NCBI GenBank assembly: GCA_012729375.1
Contig: JAAYDE010000035.1
Span: forward strand, 3,222 to 67,221
From: Deltaproteobacteria bacterium
Lineage (GTDB): Bacteria > Desulfobacterota > Desulfuromonadia > Desulfuromonadales > JAAYDE01
Direction of reading: 5' to 3'
Length of the DNA: 64,000 bases
Of this stretch, positions 49,574-61,828 are shown in pieces. How positions within the stretch are numbered: the first letter of the stretch is position 1; the number at the start of each line of letters is the position of its first letter. The notes beneath the pieces are model-generated. The model saw only the letters and a program-made list of their open reading frames with translations, had not been told where the DNA came from and searched no databases. A program made the translations under genes and the position numbers.

Positions 49574-49865
49574 CTTCACCACCACTTTCCATTAACAGCC
49601 AGGAAAACTTCCGGGCACCAGCACCAAGGAAAATCACCACATTTCCAACCAATTTGCCAACAGGCTGAAGACACATTTTTTTGGGGAACCAATCAAATCC
49701 GTTTATGCTATCTATGCCACCACTTGCTGTCAATATCGAGCCTGGGCCATTAAAATCCGCCTGGGCAATCTCTTCCAAAAACGGAAAATCGGTAATTCTT
49801 TTTTTCCCCCCGGTCTTCTTTGAGACCGCTGTCTAACCGGGAAATCAAACAAAAAAGCACAAACC

Positions 49866-49901
49866 AGACAAAAAGATAGCCCCGGCACTGCAGACCGGGG
49901 C
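49866..49901 (-). terminator. Rho-independent terminator after ftsB
   Basis: Minus strand: GCCCCGG-9 nt-CCGGGGC followed by TATCTTTTTG, 27 nt after the ftsB stop. Confidence 0.6.
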
Positions 49902-49927
49902 CTCAAATCTCAAAAATCCTCCCAAAA

Positions 49928-50287
49928 TTAACGGGATTGATCAGCAGGGGTGGGGAAGTGACTGTCTTTTGGACCAGCTTGCCCCTTGGCCGGAAACACA
50001 TAAATGATTTCGTTTTCTCTGACCATCTTCAGATCGCGGCGGGCGATGTCCTCGATGAAGCGCCGATCGGAACGCAATCCACGGATTTCCGTAGTCAGCC
50101 GGTCATTCTTTTCCGTCAGCTTCTCAATCTCCTGTTGCAGTATGTCCCTCTGCCTGGAGACATCCACAACCCGCAGCACTCCCCGTTCTCCGAAAAGCGC
50201 CATGGCCAAAAAAGCAGCGACAACCAGAATCGCCCACCAAGGCAATTTCCACCAAACCGACTGAGAAAGTTCGGAAGGCTGGGTCAT
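49928..50287 (-). CDS. ftsB: Septum formation initiator FtsB/DivIC family
   Basis: TM helix WWAILVVAAFLAMALF followed by a leucine-zipper coiled coil (RQRDILQQEIEKLTEKNDRLTTEIRGL) and RFIEDIARRDLKMV. Confidence 0.85.
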   Translation of the reverse strand: MTQPSELSQSVWWKLPWWAILVVAAFLAMALFGERGVLRVVDVSRQRDILQQEIEKLTEKNDRLTTEIRGLRSDRRFIEDIARRDLKMVRENEIIYVFPAKGQAGPKDSHFPTPADQSR

Positions 50288-50334
50288 TTGTCACTCCACA
50301 ACAGGTGAGATGGACGCTTCCAAAAGAACACAAA

Positions 50335-50670
50335 CTACTCAAAGCTAATCAAATCTGCAAATTTCTTCAAGTTCTTTTCCCCGATTCCTTTGACTTTCAG
50401 CAAATCTTCGGGGGATTTAAAAAGACCTGCGGACTGCCGATGGGTAACGATATTTTCAGCGGTTTTACGGCCTATGCCCGGCAAAGATGTCAATTTATCG
50501 ATGTCGGCCGTGTTGACGTTGACCTTTTCAGTCACTTTCCTGACCACTGCCCCGTCATTTTTGGGGGTGCTAGGCGCAGCCCAGGAAACCACTGCACAAG
50601 TGAATAAAAGAAGGGCAAGCAGGGATCCCAACAGTGCCGCTCTCTTAAAGAAATATCTCGTTGTTCTCAT
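50335..50670 (-). CDS. Small periplasmic ComEA-like helix-hairpin-helix protein
   Basis: Signal peptide, then VNVNTADIDKLTSLPGIGRKTAENIVTHRQSAGLFKSPEDLLKVKGIGEKNLKK. Confidence 0.85.
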   Translation of the reverse strand: MRTTRYFFKRAALLGSLLALLLFTCAVVSWAAPSTPKNDGAVVRKVTEKVNVNTADIDKLTSLPGIGRKTAENIVTHRQSAGLFKSPEDLLKVKGIGEKNLKKFADLISFE

Positions 50671-50850
50671 TATTTATTTCTCCTTTCTAACTTTTGTCGG
50701 TCCCCTCGCCGCAACCAAAAGCGGAAGCAGAGAGTTTTCCAGGATTTTCAACAATGCCGAAAGCCATCCATCTCACCACAAACTAATTAAGCAAAATTAA
50801 TGCCTAATCGATGGGAATTTTCGGCATGCGCCGACCAGAAAGGAGATTCA

Positions 50851-52938
50851 TTAAAAACCGAACATATTGCCAAGCCCTTTCAGGGCGAAGCTGATCATCA
50901 CCTCCCTTTCCCTGCTGTTGCCGTCATTGTCATCGTTCCGGTCTCGGAAGGTCACGAAAATACTCCAGCACTGGAAACGCCATTCGGCATTGAGAACATG
51001 CTCGAGATCGTTGCCCCTGTCGCGGAGGTCATAGCGGCCACGATAGCCGACAAAAAGCGGGTCGAACACGGCAAGGGAGACATTGCCGCTGAGATACTCA
51101 TACTCGTCATCACGAAAGCTGTAACCGACACCGATGCGGTTGCCGCGCTGGTCATTCACCCCCGTGCCGATGCGGACAACATCAAAAGCCTTCCGCTCGG
51201 GATTCATATCGTAGGTCGCATCCACATCCACATAACTCCATGTGGTGGGACGGAGGATCATCTCGGCGCGGATGGCCGAAAAGGGACGCAAAGGATCATC
51301 CCCGGCATCCCGGTCGCGCCGAGATTCGCGGATATCAAAGTCCTGCCCGATGCGGAAATAGAGGAATTCATGATAAAAAGGTTCGCGCCCCTCCTTTTCG
51401 ACGCGAGCCGTCAGGCGGTTGATCAAAGCATAGGAAAGACGGTTCTGCGGTTCGATAGCGTCCAGATGGTCAAACTGGGGAAGGTCATCCTGGTTTTCCG
51501 GGGGAATATAGGAATAGCGGATTTCCGGCTGGAGAACATGGCGGATCCTTTTGATCGATTTTCCGCCGGCATCGTAGACCCGGGAAAACCGGTTGGAAAG
51601 GGCCACGCTGAAATCAACCAGTGCTTCGTCGTCGTCCTGCTCGGAAGTCCAGTAGAGACGCTGGGTCAGGCCGAGTTCCGCCTGCAATTCAGCGAGTCCG
51701 GCGGGTTTGAGAGCCACCGCCAAATAGGGGCGCAGCATCAGGCGATCGCCGGTCTCCCCTTCACGGCGCCAGAAATGGTTGTAGGAACTGTCGAAACCGT
51801 AAAAAAGAGGGGTTCGGGCAAACCGCTTGCGAATCAGGGAGAAACGCGCCTCGGGCAGCCTCTGAACGATGTCATCACTGCTTTTCTGAAGATCCTTGAT
51901 ATATTTTACCTGCGCTCCGAGGTTCAGCTTTTCCCAGTTGCGGTGGGCGAAGATCACCGATTCCACGGTTGTCCGGTTGTATTCCTCGGCCTCCTGACCG
52001 AAATCCTCGAAAAAGTCCTTCTCATCCACGTATTCGACATCGGCGACCAATCTCACCTGCCCGGGCAGGAAACCCTCATGTTCCCAGAAAAACTTGGAGC
52101 GGTCTCCGCCCTCGTCCACACCGGTGACATGGTAGAGGTCAAACTTGCCCCGATTGTCGTTGGGTGCGATATAGCGATACTCGACCCCCTTGCCGAGGCC
52201 GAGGCGGGACAGGTAGTCGAGATGGAAGGTGGCGTCGGTGCTGCGGGAGATGGCCCAATAAAAGGGTTGGAAGATCTGCACGCCGCGATTCCCGGAATAA
52301 CCGTAGCGGGGAATGAGAAATCCGCTCTTGCGATCGCTTACCGGGTAAAAAAAGTAGGGGAAATAGAGGACCGGGGTATCTTTGATATAAAAGAAAATAT
52401 GTTTGGCGCGGGCATAATCTTCGAGAGTGACGTTGACATTGCGGGCCTGGAAGCGCCATGCCGGGTTGTCGCCGTCGCAGGTAGTGAAACTGGCTTCCTT
52501 GGCGAGAAAATTCTTTTCGTCGAGGCGGTGCAGTTCCTGGGCTTCCAGATGAAAATTGCTCTCCTTGAAAAAAGCCCGCCCCTGGTGCAGGCGTCCTTCT
52601 CCGCTCGCCATGTTTAATTCGAAACGCTCCGCCCACAGGGTATTTCCCTCTTCATCGACGAGCCGCACCTTGCCTTCCCCGGAAGCCTCGTCGCGCTCGG
52701 GGTTCCACTGCAGATGGTCGGAAAAAAGACTCCACGCCCCCCTTTTCAGGAAAACATCGCCATCCGCCAGATAGTTGCCGGTTTCGGGATCAAAGCTGAG
52801 TTTGTCCGCTTCCACGGTCACCGGTAAAGGATCGCTTTTTTTCAAGGGGCTTATGGCCGCCGCCTCGTCGGGGAAAAAAGAATTGAGAAGGGCGACCCAC
52901 AACAGCCCCCAAAAAAGGCAAACCAGACGAACACTCAT
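50851..52938 (-). CDS. lptD: LPS-assembly outer membrane protein LptD
   Basis: 695 aa. Signal peptide, an OstA-type N-terminal jellyroll (VTVEADKLSFDPETGNYLADGDVFLKRG...), a large beta-barrel rich in aromatic-x-aromatic strands, and a terminal F. Confidence 0.88.
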   Translation of the reverse strand: MSVRLVCLFWGLLWVALLNSFFPDEAAAISPLKKSDPLPVTVEADKLSFDPETGNYLADGDVFLKRGAWSLFSDHLQWNPERDEASGEGKVRLVDEEGNTLWAERFELNMASGEGRLHQGRAFFKESNFHLEAQELHRLDEKNFLAKEASFTTCDGDNPAWRFQARNVNVTLEDYARAKHIFFYIKDTPVLYFPYFFYPVSDRKSGFLIPRYGYSGNRGVQIFQPFYWAISRSTDATFHLDYLSRLGLGKGVEYRYIAPNDNRGKFDLYHVTGVDEGGDRSKFFWEHEGFLPGQVRLVADVEYVDEKDFFEDFGQEAEEYNRTTVESVIFAHRNWEKLNLGAQVKYIKDLQKSSDDIVQRLPEARFSLIRKRFARTPLFYGFDSSYNHFWRREGETGDRLMLRPYLAVALKPAGLAELQAELGLTQRLYWTSEQDDDEALVDFSVALSNRFSRVYDAGGKSIKRIRHVLQPEIRYSYIPPENQDDLPQFDHLDAIEPQNRLSYALINRLTARVEKEGREPFYHEFLYFRIGQDFDIRESRRDRDAGDDPLRPFSAIRAEMILRPTTWSYVDVDATYDMNPERKAFDVVRIGTGVNDQRGNRIGVGYSFRDDEYEYLSGNVSLAVFDPLFVGYRGRYDLRDRGNDLEHVLNAEWRFQCWSIFVTFRDRNDDNDGNSREREVMISFALKGLGNMFGF

Positions 52939-54203
52939 GGCATCATCTCCATCTTTTCCAGACCATCACGAATCTCCCCGACAAGATAAAGAGAACCGGC
53001 GACCAGAATGATTTCTTTTGGGCCTCTCTTCGCCAATGCCGCCCGCAGAGCCGCCAGCGGCTCGGGAAAAACATCGGCAGGGACCCCGCTCTTTAACGCC
53101 TCTTCCGCCAGCTGGTGCGGCGCAATGAAGGCCTCTCCTGCGGCCACCGTGCAGTACAGGGCCTTACAGCGGGGGAGAATCGGGGCGAGGATGGCACTGC
53201 CGGCCTTGTCCCATTTGATCCCCACAACCCAATGGATGCCGTCGATCCCTTCTGCTTTCAGGTATTGAGCCAGGACTTGCGCCCCGGCGGGGTTATGGGC
53301 GCCATCGAGAAGAAGGCGGGGCGGGTTTGGCCACCACTCGAGACGGCCCGGCCAGTAAACCCCCGCTACCCCTTTTCTCATGGCCGTCTCGGCAATGGGA
53401 TAACCGGCCTTGCCGATCAACTCCGCGGCGCAAAGGCTCATGGCCAGGTTGACATGCTGGTGCTCACCCAAAAGAGAGGGATGCAATCCGTCGAGAGCCA
53501 TGTCACGACCCCGGTAGGAGAAGGTCTTTCCCTGGGAGACGACGCTGAAATCCCTCGCCCACAAGCGCACCGGAGAAGCGGTAGAGGAAGCCCGCTTCAA
53601 AAGAACGGTCAGCGCCTCATCCGGTTGCGCCCCAAGAACCACGGGTTTATCTTTTTTGATAATGAAGGCTTTTTCCGCGGCGATTGCTGCAAGCGTAGAG
53701 CCCAGGTGATAGGTGTGATCCATGGATATCGGCGTGATCAGGGATACCAGGGGGGAAACCAGAAGGGTGGCATCCAGCCTGCCCCCCATGCCGGTTTCGA
53801 TGACCGCGAAATCGACCTTGCGATGTTCGAAACAGAGGAAAGCCATCGCCGTGGTAAATTCGAAAAAAGTGGCACCGCTTTCTGGCGCCCTTTTTCGCAC
53901 CTCATCAATGAGTTCGGCGACCTCTGCGTCGGTGACCGTTTCACTGTCGATACGGATGCGCTCATTGAACCTTTGCAGATGGGGAGAAGTGTATAGACCG
54001 GTCCGATAGCCGGCGGCACTCAGGATCGCCGCCAGGCTGGCAGCCACCGAACCTTTGCCGTTGGTGCCGGCGACATGGAGGCTGACGAACCGTTTCTGCG
54101 GATGGCCGAGGGCGCTCAGCAGCCGAGCGATGTTCTTCAGGCCCAGCTTTATCCCCGCTCGCCGCAGCCCATAAAGAAATTCGATCCCTTCCCGGTAGTC
54201 CAC
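52935..54203 (-). CDS. folC: Bifunctional folylpolyglutamate synthase / dihydrofolate synthase
   Basis: P-loop HVAGTNGKGS in the Mur-ligase fold. 4-nt overlap with the lptD start. Confidence 0.9.
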   Translation of the reverse strand: MDYREGIEFLYGLRRAGIKLGLKNIARLLSALGHPQKRFVSLHVAGTNGKGSVAASLAAILSAAGYRTGLYTSPHLQRFNERIRIDSETVTDAEVAELIDEVRKRAPESGATFFEFTTAMAFLCFEHRKVDFAVIETGMGGRLDATLLVSPLVSLITPISMDHTYHLGSTLAAIAAEKAFIIKKDKPVVLGAQPDEALTVLLKRASSTASPVRLWARDFSVVSQGKTFSYRGRDMALDGLHPSLLGEHQHVNLAMSLCAAELIGKAGYPIAETAMRKGVAGVYWPGRLEWWPNPPRLLLDGAHNPAGAQVLAQYLKAEGIDGIHWVVGIKWDKAGSAILAPILPRCKALYCTVAAGEAFIAPHQLAEEALKSGVPADVFPEPLAALRAALAKRGPKEIILVAGSLYLVGEIRDGLEKMEMMP

Positions 54204-54205
54204 GG

Positions 54206-55054
54206 TCAGCTTTTGGTAAAAATCCGCAAAATCTGGGAAAGGCGGTCTTTCATCTCCTGGCGGCGGACGATCATGTCGATCATACCGTGGTTCAGGAGAT
54301 ATTCGGCGCGTTGAAACCCTTCGGGAAGCTCCTGGCGGATAGTCTGTTCAATGACCCGCGGACCGGCGAAGCCGATGAGGGCGCGCGGCTCGGCGATATT
54401 GACATCACCCAGCATGGCAAAGCTGGCCGTCACCCCCCCGGTCGTGGGATCGGTCAATACCGAAATGAAGGGGACACCGGCTTTTTTAAGGCGGCTCAGG
54501 GCGGCGCTGGTCTTGGCCATCTGCATCAAAGACATGATGCTCTCCTGCATGCGTGCGCCGCCAGAGGAGGAAAAAATCAGCAATGGCAACTTTCGCTCCA
54601 GGCTCTGCTCAATGGCGCGGGCAATCTTCTCCCCGACCACCGAGCCCATGCTTCCCCCCATGAAGGCGAATTCCAGCACGGCGACAATCACCGGCAGCCC
54701 ATGAATGGCCCCTTCGCCGCAGACTACGGCTTCGTTTTTACCGCTTTTTTTGATCGAGTTGCGGATCCGGTCGCGATACCTTTGGGAATCCTTGAAGTCG
54801 AGAAAATCCTCGGAGCGCAGGTCGGCATCCATTTCCAGGAAAGAGCCCTGATCCAGAACCAGCTTGATGCGTTCGGTCGCCGATATGCGGAAATGATAGT
54901 CGCATTTTGGACAGACGTTCAGGTTCCGCTCGATCTCTTTGGTGTAAATGATCTCCTGACAATTTTTACATTTCGTCCAGACCCCTTCCGGCATGTGGAC
55001 TTTTTTGGACGCCACCGGCGAAAGAGGAGCTTTCGCTTTTTTGAACCAAGACAT
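54206..55054 (-). CDS. accD: Acetyl-CoA carboxylase carboxyltransferase beta subunit
   Basis: N-terminal zinc ribbon [26 protein letters not shown], followed by the carboxyltransferase domain ([19 protein letters not shown]). Confidence 0.95.
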   Translation of the reverse strand: MSWFKKAKAPLSPVASKKVHMPEGVWTKCKNCQEIIYTKEIERNLNVCPKCDYHFRISATERIKLVLDQGSFLEMDADLRSEDFLDFKDSQRYRDRIRNSIKKSGKNEAVVCGEGAIHGLPVIVAVLEFAFMGGSMGSVVGEKIARAIEQSLERKLPLLIFSSSGGARMQESIMSLMQMAKTSAALSRLKKAGVPFISVLTDPTTGGVTASFAMLGDVNIAEPRALIGFAGPRVIEQTIRQELPEGFQRAEYLLNHGMIDMIVRRQEMKDRLSQILRIFTKS

Positions 55055-55098
55055 ATCAGAACCTCTCGCTCTTCAGAAGATAAATGGACCAACCCCGG

Positions 55099-55917
55099 TC
55101 ACTGGGACCGCAAACCCTCCGGCAAACGGGTCCCCTCCTTCAGTCCGTGGACAAACCGGCGCACCTCCCTGGTCAGATGGGGGGAGCTGCCATGACTGGC
55201 GATGATCTTGACCAAAGCGCTGCCGACGACCACGCCGTCGGCGAATCCGGCCACGGCGGCCACGTCCTCAGTGGTGACGATGCCGAAACCAACCGCCACC
55301 GGGACCGGACTCAGCCGGCGCAGCTCGCGGACCTGTTTCTCGATGGCGCCGGTATCGATCTCCCGGGAGCCAGTAACCCCGGTCATGGAGACAAAATAGA
55401 GGAAGCCCTCCCCTTTTGCCGCCAGTTCGGCCATTCTCTGAGGCGGAGTAGTCGGCGCCAGCAGGGTCACCAGATCCACCTGTTCCCTTTTCAACCAGAA
55501 GTGGAGATCGGCGGCCTCCTCCGGCGGCAGGTCGACAACCAACAGGCCATCGACACCGGCGCTGCGGGCATCCTGGGCAAACCGTTGCAGCCCATAGCGG
55601 AAAAGCGGATTGTAATAGCCCATCAACACGATAGGCACCGCAGTCCGCTGGCGGATCCGGCCGACGAGACCCAGAACATCGGCCAGGGTGGTCCCCCTCT
55701 TCAGCGCCCGTTCGGATGCCGCCTGAATGGTCGGCCCGTCGGCCATCGGATCGGAAAAAGGGAAGCCGAGCTCAATAATGTCGGCCCCCTCTTCGGCCAG
55801 GGCCACGACCAGATCCTCAGTGACGGCCAGATCGGGATCCCCGGCCGTCAGAAAAAGCACCAAGGCCTTTTCCCCCTTGTCGCGGAGAGACGCAAAGGTT
55901 TCGGAAATTCGACTCAT
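55099..55917 (-). CDS. trpA: Tryptophan synthase alpha chain
   Basis: 272 aa with [20 protein letters not shown] and VAVGFGI. 4-nt overlap with trpB. Confidence 0.95.
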   Translation of the reverse strand: MSRISETFASLRDKGEKALVLFLTAGDPDLAVTEDLVVALAEEGADIIELGFPFSDPMADGPTIQAASERALKRGTTLADVLGLVGRIRQRTAVPIVLMGYYNPLFRYGLQRFAQDARSAGVDGLLVVDLPPEEAADLHFWLKREQVDLVTLLAPTTPPQRMAELAAKGEGFLYFVSMTGVTGSREIDTGAIEKQVRELRRLSPVPVAVGFGIVTTEDVAAVAGFADGVVVGSALVKIIASHGSSPHLTREVRRFVHGLKEGTRLPEGLRSQ

Positions 55918-57164
55918 CGATCATTCTTTCCTGGTGAATTGGCAGGTTTTTGAACTGGATCGGCTTCTGTCTGTTCGATCCAGGCCCGCACGGTATCCAT
56001 GTCCTTGTCTCCGCGCCCGGAAAGGCAAACGAGAATGATGGCATCGGCAGGCATGGCACCGGCGATCTTGACTACGTGGGCGATGGCATGGGCGCTCTCC
56101 AGAGCGGGGATGATTCCTTCAAGTTCCGTCAGCAGACGGAATGCCAACAGCGCCTCTTCATCGGTGACGGCGACATAGGCGACCCGTCGCACGTCATGCA
56201 GATAGGCATGTTCCGGTCCGACCCCGGGGTAGTCGAGGCCGGCGGAGACAGAATGAGCATTCTGTATCTGCCCCGCTCCATCCTGCAGGAGATAGGTTTT
56301 GTTGCCGTGAAGCACGCCGACCTGGCCGAGGCAGATACTGGCGGCGTGCTGCTGGCTCGCCAAACCGAGGCCTCCCGCCTCCACGCCGACCAGACCAACC
56401 TGCTCATCGGTGAGAAAGGGGTAAAACATTCCCATGGCGTTGGAGCCGCCGCCGATACAGGCCACGGCCAGATCGGGAAGACGCCCTGCCGCAGCCAGGA
56501 TCTGACGGCGCGCCTCGTTGCCGATCACCGCCTGAAAATCCCGCACCATCATCGGATAGGGGTGGGGGCCGGCGACGGTGCCGATGACATAGAAGGTATC
56601 GCGCACTTCGGTGACCCAGAAACGCAGGGCTTCGTTCATGGCGTCCTTGAGGGTACGAGTGCCGCACTGCACCTCATGGACCTTGGCCCCGAGCAGTTTC
56701 ATGCGGAACACGTTCAGCGCCTGGCGGCGGATATCCTCGGCACCCATGAAGATCTCGCATTTGAGACCGAACAGGGCGGCCACAGTGGCTGTCGCCACGC
56801 CGTGCTGGCCGGCACCGGTTTCGGCAATAAGACGGGGCTTGCCCATCTTGCGGGCCAGCAACGCCTGGCCGATGGTGTTGTTTACCTTGTGGGCGCCGGT
56901 GTGGTTGAGATCCTCCCTTTTCAGGTATATCTGCGCACCGCCACAGTATTCGCTCAAGCGGCGGGCGAAGTAGAGGGGGGAGGGGCGGCCCACGTAGTCC
57001 GTCAGATAGTAGTCGAATTCACGCTGGAAAGAAGGATCGCTCCGGGCCTGCCGATAAGCCGCTTCCAGTTCGATCAGGGCCGGCATCAGGGTTTCGGCCA
57101 CATAGCGCCCGCCGTATTCACCAAAATGCCCCTGTTCATCGGGCAGGTTCTTCAGGTCAAACAT
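55914..57164 (-). CDS. trpB: Tryptophan synthase beta chain
   Basis: Start trimmed to [26 protein letters not shown] (ATG 57164). PLP lysine motif [11 protein letters not shown]. Confidence 0.95.
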   Translation of the reverse strand: MFDLKNLPDEQGHFGEYGGRYVAETLMPALIELEAAYRQARSDPSFQREFDYYLTDYVGRPSPLYFARRLSEYCGGAQIYLKREDLNHTGAHKVNNTIGQALLARKMGKPRLIAETGAGQHGVATATVAALFGLKCEIFMGAEDIRRQALNVFRMKLLGAKVHEVQCGTRTLKDAMNEALRFWVTEVRDTFYVIGTVAGPHPYPMMVRDFQAVIGNEARRQILAAAGRLPDLAVACIGGGSNAMGMFYPFLTDEQVGLVGVEAGGLGLASQQHAASICLGQVGVLHGNKTYLLQDGAGQIQNAHSVSAGLDYPGVGPEHAYLHDVRRVAYVAVTDEEALLAFRLLTELEGIIPALESAHAIAHVVKIAGAMPADAIILVCLSGRGDKDMDTVRAWIEQTEADPVQKPANSPGKNDR

Positions 57165-57792
57165 GCTGTTTTCCTTTGGCCGCTGCAATGAAGGCCGCCA
57201 CTTTGTTCTTGTCTTTGATGCCCGGCGACTGTTCCACGCCGCTGGCGACATCGACACCGTAGGGATTAACGGCGGCGACAGCCGCGGCGACGTTTTCCGG
57301 ATTAAGGCCGCCGGCCAGGATAATCCGGTATTTTTCGGACAGACGGGCGGCCAGTTTCCAATCAAAGGTCCGGCCGGTGCCGCCGACGCTTTGTTCCGAC
57401 CAGGCATCGAGAAGGAGCGGATAATCGTCCCAAAAACCAGGATCGGAAAGGCTTTCTTCCCCCTTCACCCGGAGCGCCTTGATCACCTGGCGGGCCGGCA
57501 GGTGGTAACGGCGCGGATCCTCGTTGCCGTGGAGTTGCACTCGATCCAAACGGCAGAAATCGACGACCTTCCGCACCCGTGCCGGGGATTCGTCGACAAA
57601 AAGACCAACCGCCAAAATCAAGGGGGGGAGCTGGGCTATAATCCTTTTGGCCGCCTCCGGCGTCACCTGGCGGGGACTTTGGGAATAAAAGATGAACCCC
57701 AAGGCATCGGCACCCGCCGCAGCGGCCTGCAATGCATCGTCCCTATTGGTGATACCGCAGATCTTGACCCGGATCAAAGTTCCTCGCCTCAA
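57157..57792 (-). CDS. trpF: Phosphoribosylanthranilate isomerase
   Basis: VKICGIT near the N-terminus and [14 protein letters not shown] start overlapping the trpC stop; the exact start is uncertain. Confidence 0.88.
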   Translation of the reverse strand: MRRGTLIRVKICGITNRDDALQAAAAGADALGFIFYSQSPRQVTPEAAKRIIAQLPPLILAVGLFVDESPARVRKVVDFCRLDRVQLHGNEDPRRYHLPARQVIKALRVKGEESLSDPGFWDDYPLLLDAWSEQSVGGTGRTFDWKLAARLSEKYRIILAGGLNPENVAAAVAAVNPYGVDVASGVEQSPGIKDKNKVAAFIAAAKGKQHV

Positions 57793-58571
57793 TCGTTCAA
57801 CAAAGCCGCCAGTTTTGCCTCGACATCCTCTTCTTTCATCAGGCTTTCCCCGATCAGGAAAGCCTGAGCGCCGGCGCGGCGCAGACGGCGGATATCGGCG
57901 CGGCAGTCAATGCCGCTCTCGCTGACCACCAACCGATCTTTGGGGAGTAGCGGAATGAGACCTTCGCTGACCGCCAGATCGGTGTGAAAAGTGGTCAGGT
58001 TACGGTTGTTGATGCCGATCACATCCGCTGAGGTTGTGAGGACCGCCGCCAATTCCTTTTGGTCATGCACCTCGGCAAGAACATCGAGCTCCAAACCATG
58101 GGCCGCCTCAATCAATTCCTTCATCGCCGCGGGCGCCAATGCGGCGGCGATCAACAGCACGGCATCGGCGCCATAGGCGCGCGCCTCAAAAAGCTGAAAG
58201 GAATCGATGATGAAATCCTTCCTTAACAAGGGAAGGGCAACAGCTTTCGCCACCCTGGACAAAAAATCGAGGCAGCCGAAAAAGAAACGCTCATCGGTAA
58301 GTATCGACAGAGCCGCCGCACCACCCCGTTCGTAGCAACGGGCAATAGCAACAGGATCGAAATCGGGGCGGATGATCCCCTTCGAGGGTGAACCCTTTTT
58401 GACCTCGGCTATAATGGCGGTGCCCTGCGCAGCCGCCCGGCGCAAAGCCTTGGCAAATCCCCGCGGCGGCGCCAGGGCGCCAATCCGCGCCTCAAGCTCG
58501 GCCAGCGAGGTGCTTCTTTGGGCCGCCGCCACCTCTTCCTTCTTATGGGCCAGAATCCGTTCCAGGATCAT
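57789..58571 (-). CDS. trpC: Indole-3-glycerol phosphate synthase
   Basis: [21 protein letters not shown] and IGINNRNL. Confidence 0.92.
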   Translation of the reverse strand: MILERILAHKKEEVAAAQRSTSLAELEARIGALAPPRGFAKALRRAAAQGTAIIAEVKKGSPSKGIIRPDFDPVAIARCYERGGAAALSILTDERFFFGCLDFLSRVAKAVALPLLRKDFIIDSFQLFEARAYGADAVLLIAAALAPAAMKELIEAAHGLELDVLAEVHDQKELAAVLTTSADVIGINNRNLTTFHTDLAVSEGLIPLLPKDRLVVSESGIDCRADIRRLRRAGAQAFLIGESLMKEEDVEAKLAALLND

Positions 58572-59617
58572 GCCGCCGTCATCTCCACCAGACCATCCAG
58601 TTTGTCCAGGGCCATCCTTTGGTCGAGGACGGCGGCGGCCTTGTCGATTCCCTGCCGGACACTCTGCACCTTTTCCGCTGCGAGCAGGGCGAAGGCGCTG
58701 TTCAGCAACACCACATCACGCCGCGGACCCTTTTCCCCCCCCAGGATGGCCCGCACTATCTGCGCGTTCTGCTCGGCGTCCCCTCCGCGTAACTCATCGA
58801 GGGTACAGGACCGCAAACCGAAATCTTCCGGTTTCACTTCATAGAAATCAAGCTTTTCATCGTCAATAGCGCCGACCCAGGTCGGCCCGGTCAAGGTCAC
58901 TTCGTCCATGCCGTCGCTGCCGTGGACCACAAAACCCCGGTGGCAACCGAGCTTCTGCAAAACGCAGGTGATCGGTTCCACAAGATCCCGGCGGTAGACA
59001 CCGAGCACCTGGCGATCAGCCCCGGCCGGATTGGTGAGGGGGCCGAGGATGTTGAAAATGGTGCGTATGCCGATCTCCTTACGAGGGCCGATGGCGTACT
59101 TCATCGCCCCGTGCAGAGCGGGGGCAAAAAGGAAACCGATCCCCAACTTGTTGATGCATTCGGTCACCCGTTCCGGGCCGATTTCCAGATTGACGCCGAG
59201 CTTTTCCAGAACATCTGCGCTGCCGCAGGCGGATGAGATGCAGCGGTTGCCATGTTTGGCGACTTTGACCCCGCTTGCCGCCAAAATGAAGGCAACCGTC
59301 GTGGAAATATTGAAACTTTTTGTGCCACTGCCGCCGGTGCCGCAGGTATCCAGAATCGACTCCCGCTCCACGTTGATCTCGTCCCGGTCGATACCGACAA
59401 TCCTGCCGACGCGAATTGGGGTTGCCCGCGCCCGCATCACCTTGGCGGCGCCGGCAATCTCATCGACCGTTTCCCCTTTCATGCGCAACGCGGTGATGAA
59501 AGAGGCAATCTGGCCGGAAGTCGCCTCCCCCCCCATGATCTCATCCATGACCGCTATCATTTCCGTTTCGGCAAGATCCTGCCGCTCAACGACCCGGGCA
59601 ATTGCCTCCTTGATCAT
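58568..59617 (-). CDS. trpD: Anthranilate phosphoribosyltransferase
   Basis: [23 protein letters not shown] and NPAG motifs. Confidence 0.95.
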   Translation of the reverse strand: MIKEAIARVVERQDLAETEMIAVMDEIMGGEATSGQIASFITALRMKGETVDEIAGAAKVMRARATPIRVGRIVGIDRDEINVERESILDTCGTGGSGTKSFNISTTVAFILAASGVKVAKHGNRCISSACGSADVLEKLGVNLEIGPERVTECINKLGIGFLFAPALHGAMKYAIGPRKEIGIRTIFNILGPLTNPAGADRQVLGVYRRDLVEPITCVLQKLGCHRGFVVHGSDGMDEVTLTGPTWVGAIDDEKLDFYEVKPEDFGLRSCTLDELRGGDAEQNAQIVRAILGGEKGPRRDVVLLNSAFALLAAEKVQSVRQGIDKAAAVLDQRMALDKLDGLVEMTAA

Positions 59618-59618
59618 T

Positions 59619-60209
59619 TCAGATCCCTCCCTCCTCTCGACAAGAAGAGATTTTCAAAAAATTCCGGAGGATGTTTTTCCCTGCGACCGTAAGAATCGAC
59701 TCCGGATGAAACTGCACCCCCCAGATCGGGAACTCCCGGTGGCTGACCCCCATGATCTCCCCTTCCTCGGTCCACGCCGTCACCCGCAGGCAATCGGGTG
59801 GCGAATCCTTTTCGATCACCAGAGAGTGATAACGGGTGGCCTCAAAAGGATTGGCAATGTCGGTAAAAATATCCGTACCGTCATGGTAAACCCGGCTAGT
59901 TTTGCCATGCATCAGCAACTCGGCGCGGACGATGGCCCCTCCAAATGCCTGGCCGATGGCCTGGTGGCCGAGGCAGACGCCAAGAATCGGAACCGTCCCC
60001 GCGAAACGCTTCACCACCTCCACGGAGATTCCAGCTTCTTTTGGGGTACATGGCCCCGGTGAGATCACGATCTGCCGCGGTCCTAGTTGGTGAATCTCGG
60101 CAATGGAAATCCTATCGTTGCGATATACCACCACCTCAGCCCCCAATTCCCGCAGATACTGAACCAGGTTATAGGTGAACGAATCGTAATTGTCGATCAT
60201 CAGCAGCAC
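59619..60209 (-). CDS. trpG: Anthranilate synthase component II (glutamine amidotransferase)
   Basis: Start set to GTG 60209, giving [15 protein letters not shown], 1 nt after the trpE stop. Catalytic [10 protein letters not shown] and the FHPES motif. Confidence 0.9.
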   Translation of the reverse strand: MLLMIDNYDSFTYNLVQYLRELGAEVVVYRNDRISIAEIHQLGPRQIVISPGPCTPKEAGISVEVVKRFAGTVPILGVCLGHQAIGQAFGGAIVRAELLMHGKTSRVYHDGTDIFTDIANPFEATRYHSLVIEKDSPPDCLRVTAWTEEGEIMGVSHREFPIWGVQFHPESILTVAGKNILRNFLKISSCREEGGI

Positions 60210-60210
60210 G

Positions 60211-61689
60211 TCACTCGATCCCTTCAGCTGCCCGTTCAATGGCCCTCATCACTCCGCGGGCCTTGTTCAGGGTTTCCCGATACTCCGCCTCTGGCTGAGA
60301 ATCGGCCACGATGCCCGCGCCGGCCTGGACATAGACGCGCCCGTCCCGGACCACCAGGGTACGGATGGCGATGGCCATATCCATATTGCCGGTGAAAGAG
60401 AAATAACCCACGGCGCCCCCATAGATTTCGCGCCGGCAGGGTTCGATTTCATCGATGATCTCCATGGCCCGTATTTTCGGCGCACCGGACAGGGTGCCGG
60501 CCGGAAAGACGGCGCGAAAGGCATCGAAGGCATCCAGCCCCTCTTCCAGAATCCCCTGCACGTTGGAAACAATGTGCATCACGTGGGAATAACGTTCCGT
60601 CACCATCAGATCGCTGACATGCACGCTGCCGGTGCGGCACACCCGCCCCAGGTCGTTTCTACCCAGATCGACCAGCATGATATGTTCCGCGCACTCTTTG
60701 GGGTCGGCGAGCAATTCCTCTTCATAGTGCTGATCTTCGGCCACTGTCGATCCGCGGGGCCGGGTGCCGGCGATGGGGCGCAACTCGATGCGATCCCCCT
60801 CTTTGCGTACCATGACTTCGGGAGAAGCACCGATTACAAAGGTATCCAACATCCTTAAAAAATAAAGATATGGGGAGGGATTGATGGTCCTCAGCAGGCG
60901 GTAGACATCGAAAGGAGAAGATTCAAAGGGGGCGGAAAAACGCTGGGAAATCACCACCTGGAAAACATCTCCCCGACGGACATATTCCTTGCAGCGTTCC
61001 ACGGCCGCCAGAAATTCCTCATGGGTAAAGTTGGAGGCCATCGCTCCGACAGTCTTATGGGCCGCGGAAGAAGGGGAGGGGACAGGTCCTTTGAGTTTGC
61101 GGATCAGTCCATCGATCTGTTCAAGGGCCTGAAAATAGAGGGTTTGCGGATCGTCTCCGGGGAGCCAATGGACATTGGCTACCACCTTGATGGTCTGCAG
61201 GACATTGTCGAATATCAACAGGTTTTCCGTCACCACAAAAAAAGCGTCGGGAGCGCCGATTTCCTTGGGGTTGCCATCGGGCAGCTTTTCGATGAACCGT
61301 ACCATGTCGTAGCCGAGACAGCCGACCAGACCGCCGAAAAAGCGGGGCAACCCTTCGACCTCCACCGGCCGGTAGCCGGACAGAAACTCCTTCAGCCTCT
61401 CCAGAGGGTCCCTGCACAACTCACTTTGGGCCAAAATTCCCTTTTCATAAACCTCGAACCGGTGGCCCCGGCAGGAAAGGGCTGTGCTGGAGTTGGTACC
61501 GATGAAAGAGTAGCGGGCCCATTTTTCACCGCCTTCGATGCTTTCCAGGAGAAAAGAGGTTTTCCCGTCATCCGTCTTTTTAAAAGCGGAAACCGGAGTG
61601 TCCATGTCGGCGAGGATTTCACGGTAAACGGGAATCAGATTCCCATGATCCAGAAGTTGCCGAAATTTTTCAAAAGTTGGGACATGCAT
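60211..61689 (-). CDS. trpE: Anthranilate synthase component I
   Basis: 492 aa with chorismate-binding motifs [20 protein letters not shown] and GAGIVADS. Confidence 0.95.
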   Translation of the reverse strand: MHVPTFEKFRQLLDHGNLIPVYREILADMDTPVSAFKKTDDGKTSFLLESIEGGEKWARYSFIGTNSSTALSCRGHRFEVYEKGILAQSELCRDPLERLKEFLSGYRPVEVEGLPRFFGGLVGCLGYDMVRFIEKLPDGNPKEIGAPDAFFVVTENLLIFDNVLQTIKVVANVHWLPGDDPQTLYFQALEQIDGLIRKLKGPVPSPSSAAHKTVGAMASNFTHEEFLAAVERCKEYVRRGDVFQVVISQRFSAPFESSPFDVYRLLRTINPSPYLYFLRMLDTFVIGASPEVMVRKEGDRIELRPIAGTRPRGSTVAEDQHYEEELLADPKECAEHIMLVDLGRNDLGRVCRTGSVHVSDLMVTERYSHVMHIVSNVQGILEEGLDAFDAFRAVFPAGTLSGAPKIRAMEIIDEIEPCRREIYGGAVGYFSFTGNMDMAIAIRTLVVRDGRVYVQAGAGIVADSQPEAEYRETLNKARGVMRAIERAAEGIE

Positions 61690-61740
61690 GGAATGATCCT
61701 AGGTTGGCCCGGGGCTTTTTATCCCTTTAGTAAAAGGGAT

Positions 61741-61775
61741 AAAAATAAAAAAAGCAAGGCAAAAGCCTTGCTTTT
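61741..61775 (-). terminator. Rho-independent terminator after rplQ (palindromic, could act on both strands)
   Basis: Stem AGCAAGGC (61753-61760) pairs with GCCTTGCT (61765-61772), with loop AAAA. On the minus strand the hairpin is followed by TTTTTTATTTTT. Confidence 0.7.
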
Positions 61776-61828
61776 CATTGGTATCGACACCCCCTTGCGG
61801 TGAAGGGACGTGAAGGAGGGGTTTTTTT

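Noticed and set aside
49557-49778. 73-aa minus-strand ORF upstream of and overlapping the argS start.
   Set aside because: It has no SD, overlaps the argS start region out of frame, has lower-GC intergenic composition and shows no motif.
61699-61828. Possible tryptophan leader peptide or attenuator upstream of trpE. A 19-codon mini-ORF (MKSKAFALLFLFLSLLLKG) spans the hairpin region on the minus strand.
   Set aside because: The mini-ORF contains no Trp codons and coincides with the rplQ terminator hairpin. I see no alternative antiterminator pairing, so it is treated as a terminator plus promoter region only.
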